This document shows positions 58,720 through 59,634 of a stretch of DNA of 59,634 nucleotides, piece by piece. Below the pieces are notes generated by a model. That model was given only the letters and a program-made list of their open reading frames with translations. It was not told the DNA's origin and searched no databases. Origin of the DNA: Magnetococcales bacterium (GTDB lineage: Bacteria > Pseudomonadota > Magnetococcia > Magnetococcales > UBA8363); contig JADFZF010000002.1 in NCBI GenBank assembly GCA_015232645.1, forward strand, positions 1-59,634, in the 5' to 3' direction. Each line of letters begins with the position of its first letter. Position 1 is the stretch's first letter. Position numbers and translations under genes: made by a program.

Positions 58720-59634
58720 ATGAATGATACCTTTCACCCCGCGGGACACTTGATCATCGGCCTTGCCGGCAAAACCTTGCAAGCCCAAGAACGCGCCTGG
58801 ATGGTGACCCACCGCCCCGCGGGAGTCATCCTGTTCAGCCGCAACCTGGGAACTCTGGACGAGGTGGTGGAATTGATTCAGGCCATTCGCGCCACCACCT
58901 CGCCACCGCCGACGTTATGGCTCGACCAGGAGGGGGGGCGGGTTCAACGGTTGCGCGCCCCATTGACTCGCTATCCCAGCGCCGGCGCTTTATCCCAATG
59001 GGAGCTGGATCATCCTGGAGCGGCGCGCGATCTGGCTCTCGATTGGGGCTACCTGTGTGGAACGGAACTGATCGCCCTGGGATTCGGCGTCGATTGCGCC
59101 CCGGTATTGGACCTGCGGGAACCGGAGGCCCACCCCGTGATCGGCGACCGCTCCTTCGGCGACCATCCCAAACAGGTGGTTCGTCTGGCCGGTGGGTGGC
59201 TGGAAGGATTGGCAGCGAGCGGTTGCATGGCCGTGGGAAAACATTTTCCCGGTCACGGCGGTGCCATGGTCGATTCCCACCGCAGTCTCCCGGTAATTCA
59301 CCGCGATCGCCAAACGTTGATGGACCGGGAATTGGCCCCATTCCGACAACTCGCCCCTCACCTACCGGCGTTGATGACGGCCCATCTGGTGGCTCGGAAC
59401 CTGGATGCAGATACCCCCGCCACTTGGTCCGCCAAAATTCTGGTCGATCTGTTGCGTCGCGACTGGGGTTATCGCGGCCTAGTGGTCTCCGATGCCATCG
59501 AAATGGCCGCCTTGGACGGCGATCTGACCACGCGAACCCAACGTGCCGTAGCTGCAGGCTGCGATCTGGTCTTGTGCTGTACCGGTCGCATGGAGGACAA
59601 CGAAGCCGCACGTCTGGGGGTGATGACGGCCCTG
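58720..59634 (+). CDS. nagZ: beta-N-acetylhexosaminidase (GH3), 3'-truncated by the window edge
   Basis: This ORF is absent from the ORF track because it has no stop within the window. My own translation from ATG 58720 gives MNDTFHPAGHLIIGLAGKTL...GVILFSRN...LWLDQEGGRVQRL...GFGVDCAPVLDL...IGDRSFG...GKHFPGHGGAMVDSH...LMTAH...WGYRGLVVSDAIEMAA. These are the NagZ/GH3 signature blocks. Confidence 0.85.
   Translation, partial: MNDTFHPAGHLIIGLAGKTLQAQERAWMVTHRPAGVILFSRNLGTLDEVVELIQAIRATTSPPPTLWLDQEGGRVQRLRAPLTRYPSAGALSQWELDHPGAARDLALDWGYLCGTELIALGFGVDCAPVLDLREPEAHPVIGDRSFGDHPKQVVRLAGGWLEGLAASGCMAVGKHFPGHGGAMVDSHRSLPVIHRDRQTLMDRELAPFRQLAPHLPALMTAHLVARNLDADTPATWSAKILVDLLRRDWGYRGLVVSDAIEMAALDGDLTTRTQRAVAAGCDLVLCCTGRMEDNEAARLGVMTAL

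Noticed and set aside
58835-59611. A 258-aa minus-strand ORF at the right edge
   Set aside because: The plus strand here translates into an unmistakable NagZ (DQEGGRVQRL, GKHFPGHG, VVSDAIEMAA). That ORF is absent from the track only because it has no stop within the window.
1-59634. CRISPR arrays, rRNA and tRNA genes, integrases, transposases and group II introns
   Set aside because: I found no regularly spaced direct repeats and no RNA-gene signatures by eye. No ORF shows integrase or transposase motifs. The only mobile-element hint is the HigB-like remnant at the left edge.

Overview
The window looks like a GC-rich, proteobacterium-like chromosomal segment. All calls come from reading motifs in the supplied translations and DNA; no database search was run. 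Housekeeping genes frame the window: xseB-ispA-dxs, rsmJ-hrpA, cspA, thiO-mnmA, hemE and a 3'-truncated nagZ. Between them lie four blocks. (i) Two two-component clusters sit at 6.9-9.8 kb and 33.9-51.1 kb. The second holds 4 histidine-kinase cores, 9 receiver domains, 3 Hpt domains, a PP2C/STAS partner-switching set and a pseudokinase. (ii) A NapH-like polyferredoxin, an octahaem and a pentahaem cytochrome c form one operon. (iii) A DUF2760-Hsp70-Hsp70 operon occupies 18.9-24.3 kb. (iv) The stand-out is a lower-GC gene at 15.4-18.4 kb. It encodes one 997-aa protein that fuses a TIR domain, a radical-SAM core with an auxiliary Cys cluster, and a long helical-repeat domain. A VOC-family gene follows it 41 nt downstream, and a ~540-nt AT-rich spacer precedes it. 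I know of no described system with this architecture and treat it as a candidate new defence or signalling module. Other notable points: an 11-C homopolymer fuses a hybrid kinase ORF in frame to a downstream REC-PP2C gene. A REP-like palindromic element recurs at six sites, five of them directly after stop codons. There is a DnaE2-like polymerase with no imuA/imuB, a 1163-aa orphan membrane protein, and a degraded HigB-like toxin beside an AT-rich tract at the left edge. I saw no rRNA, tRNA or CRISPR array.
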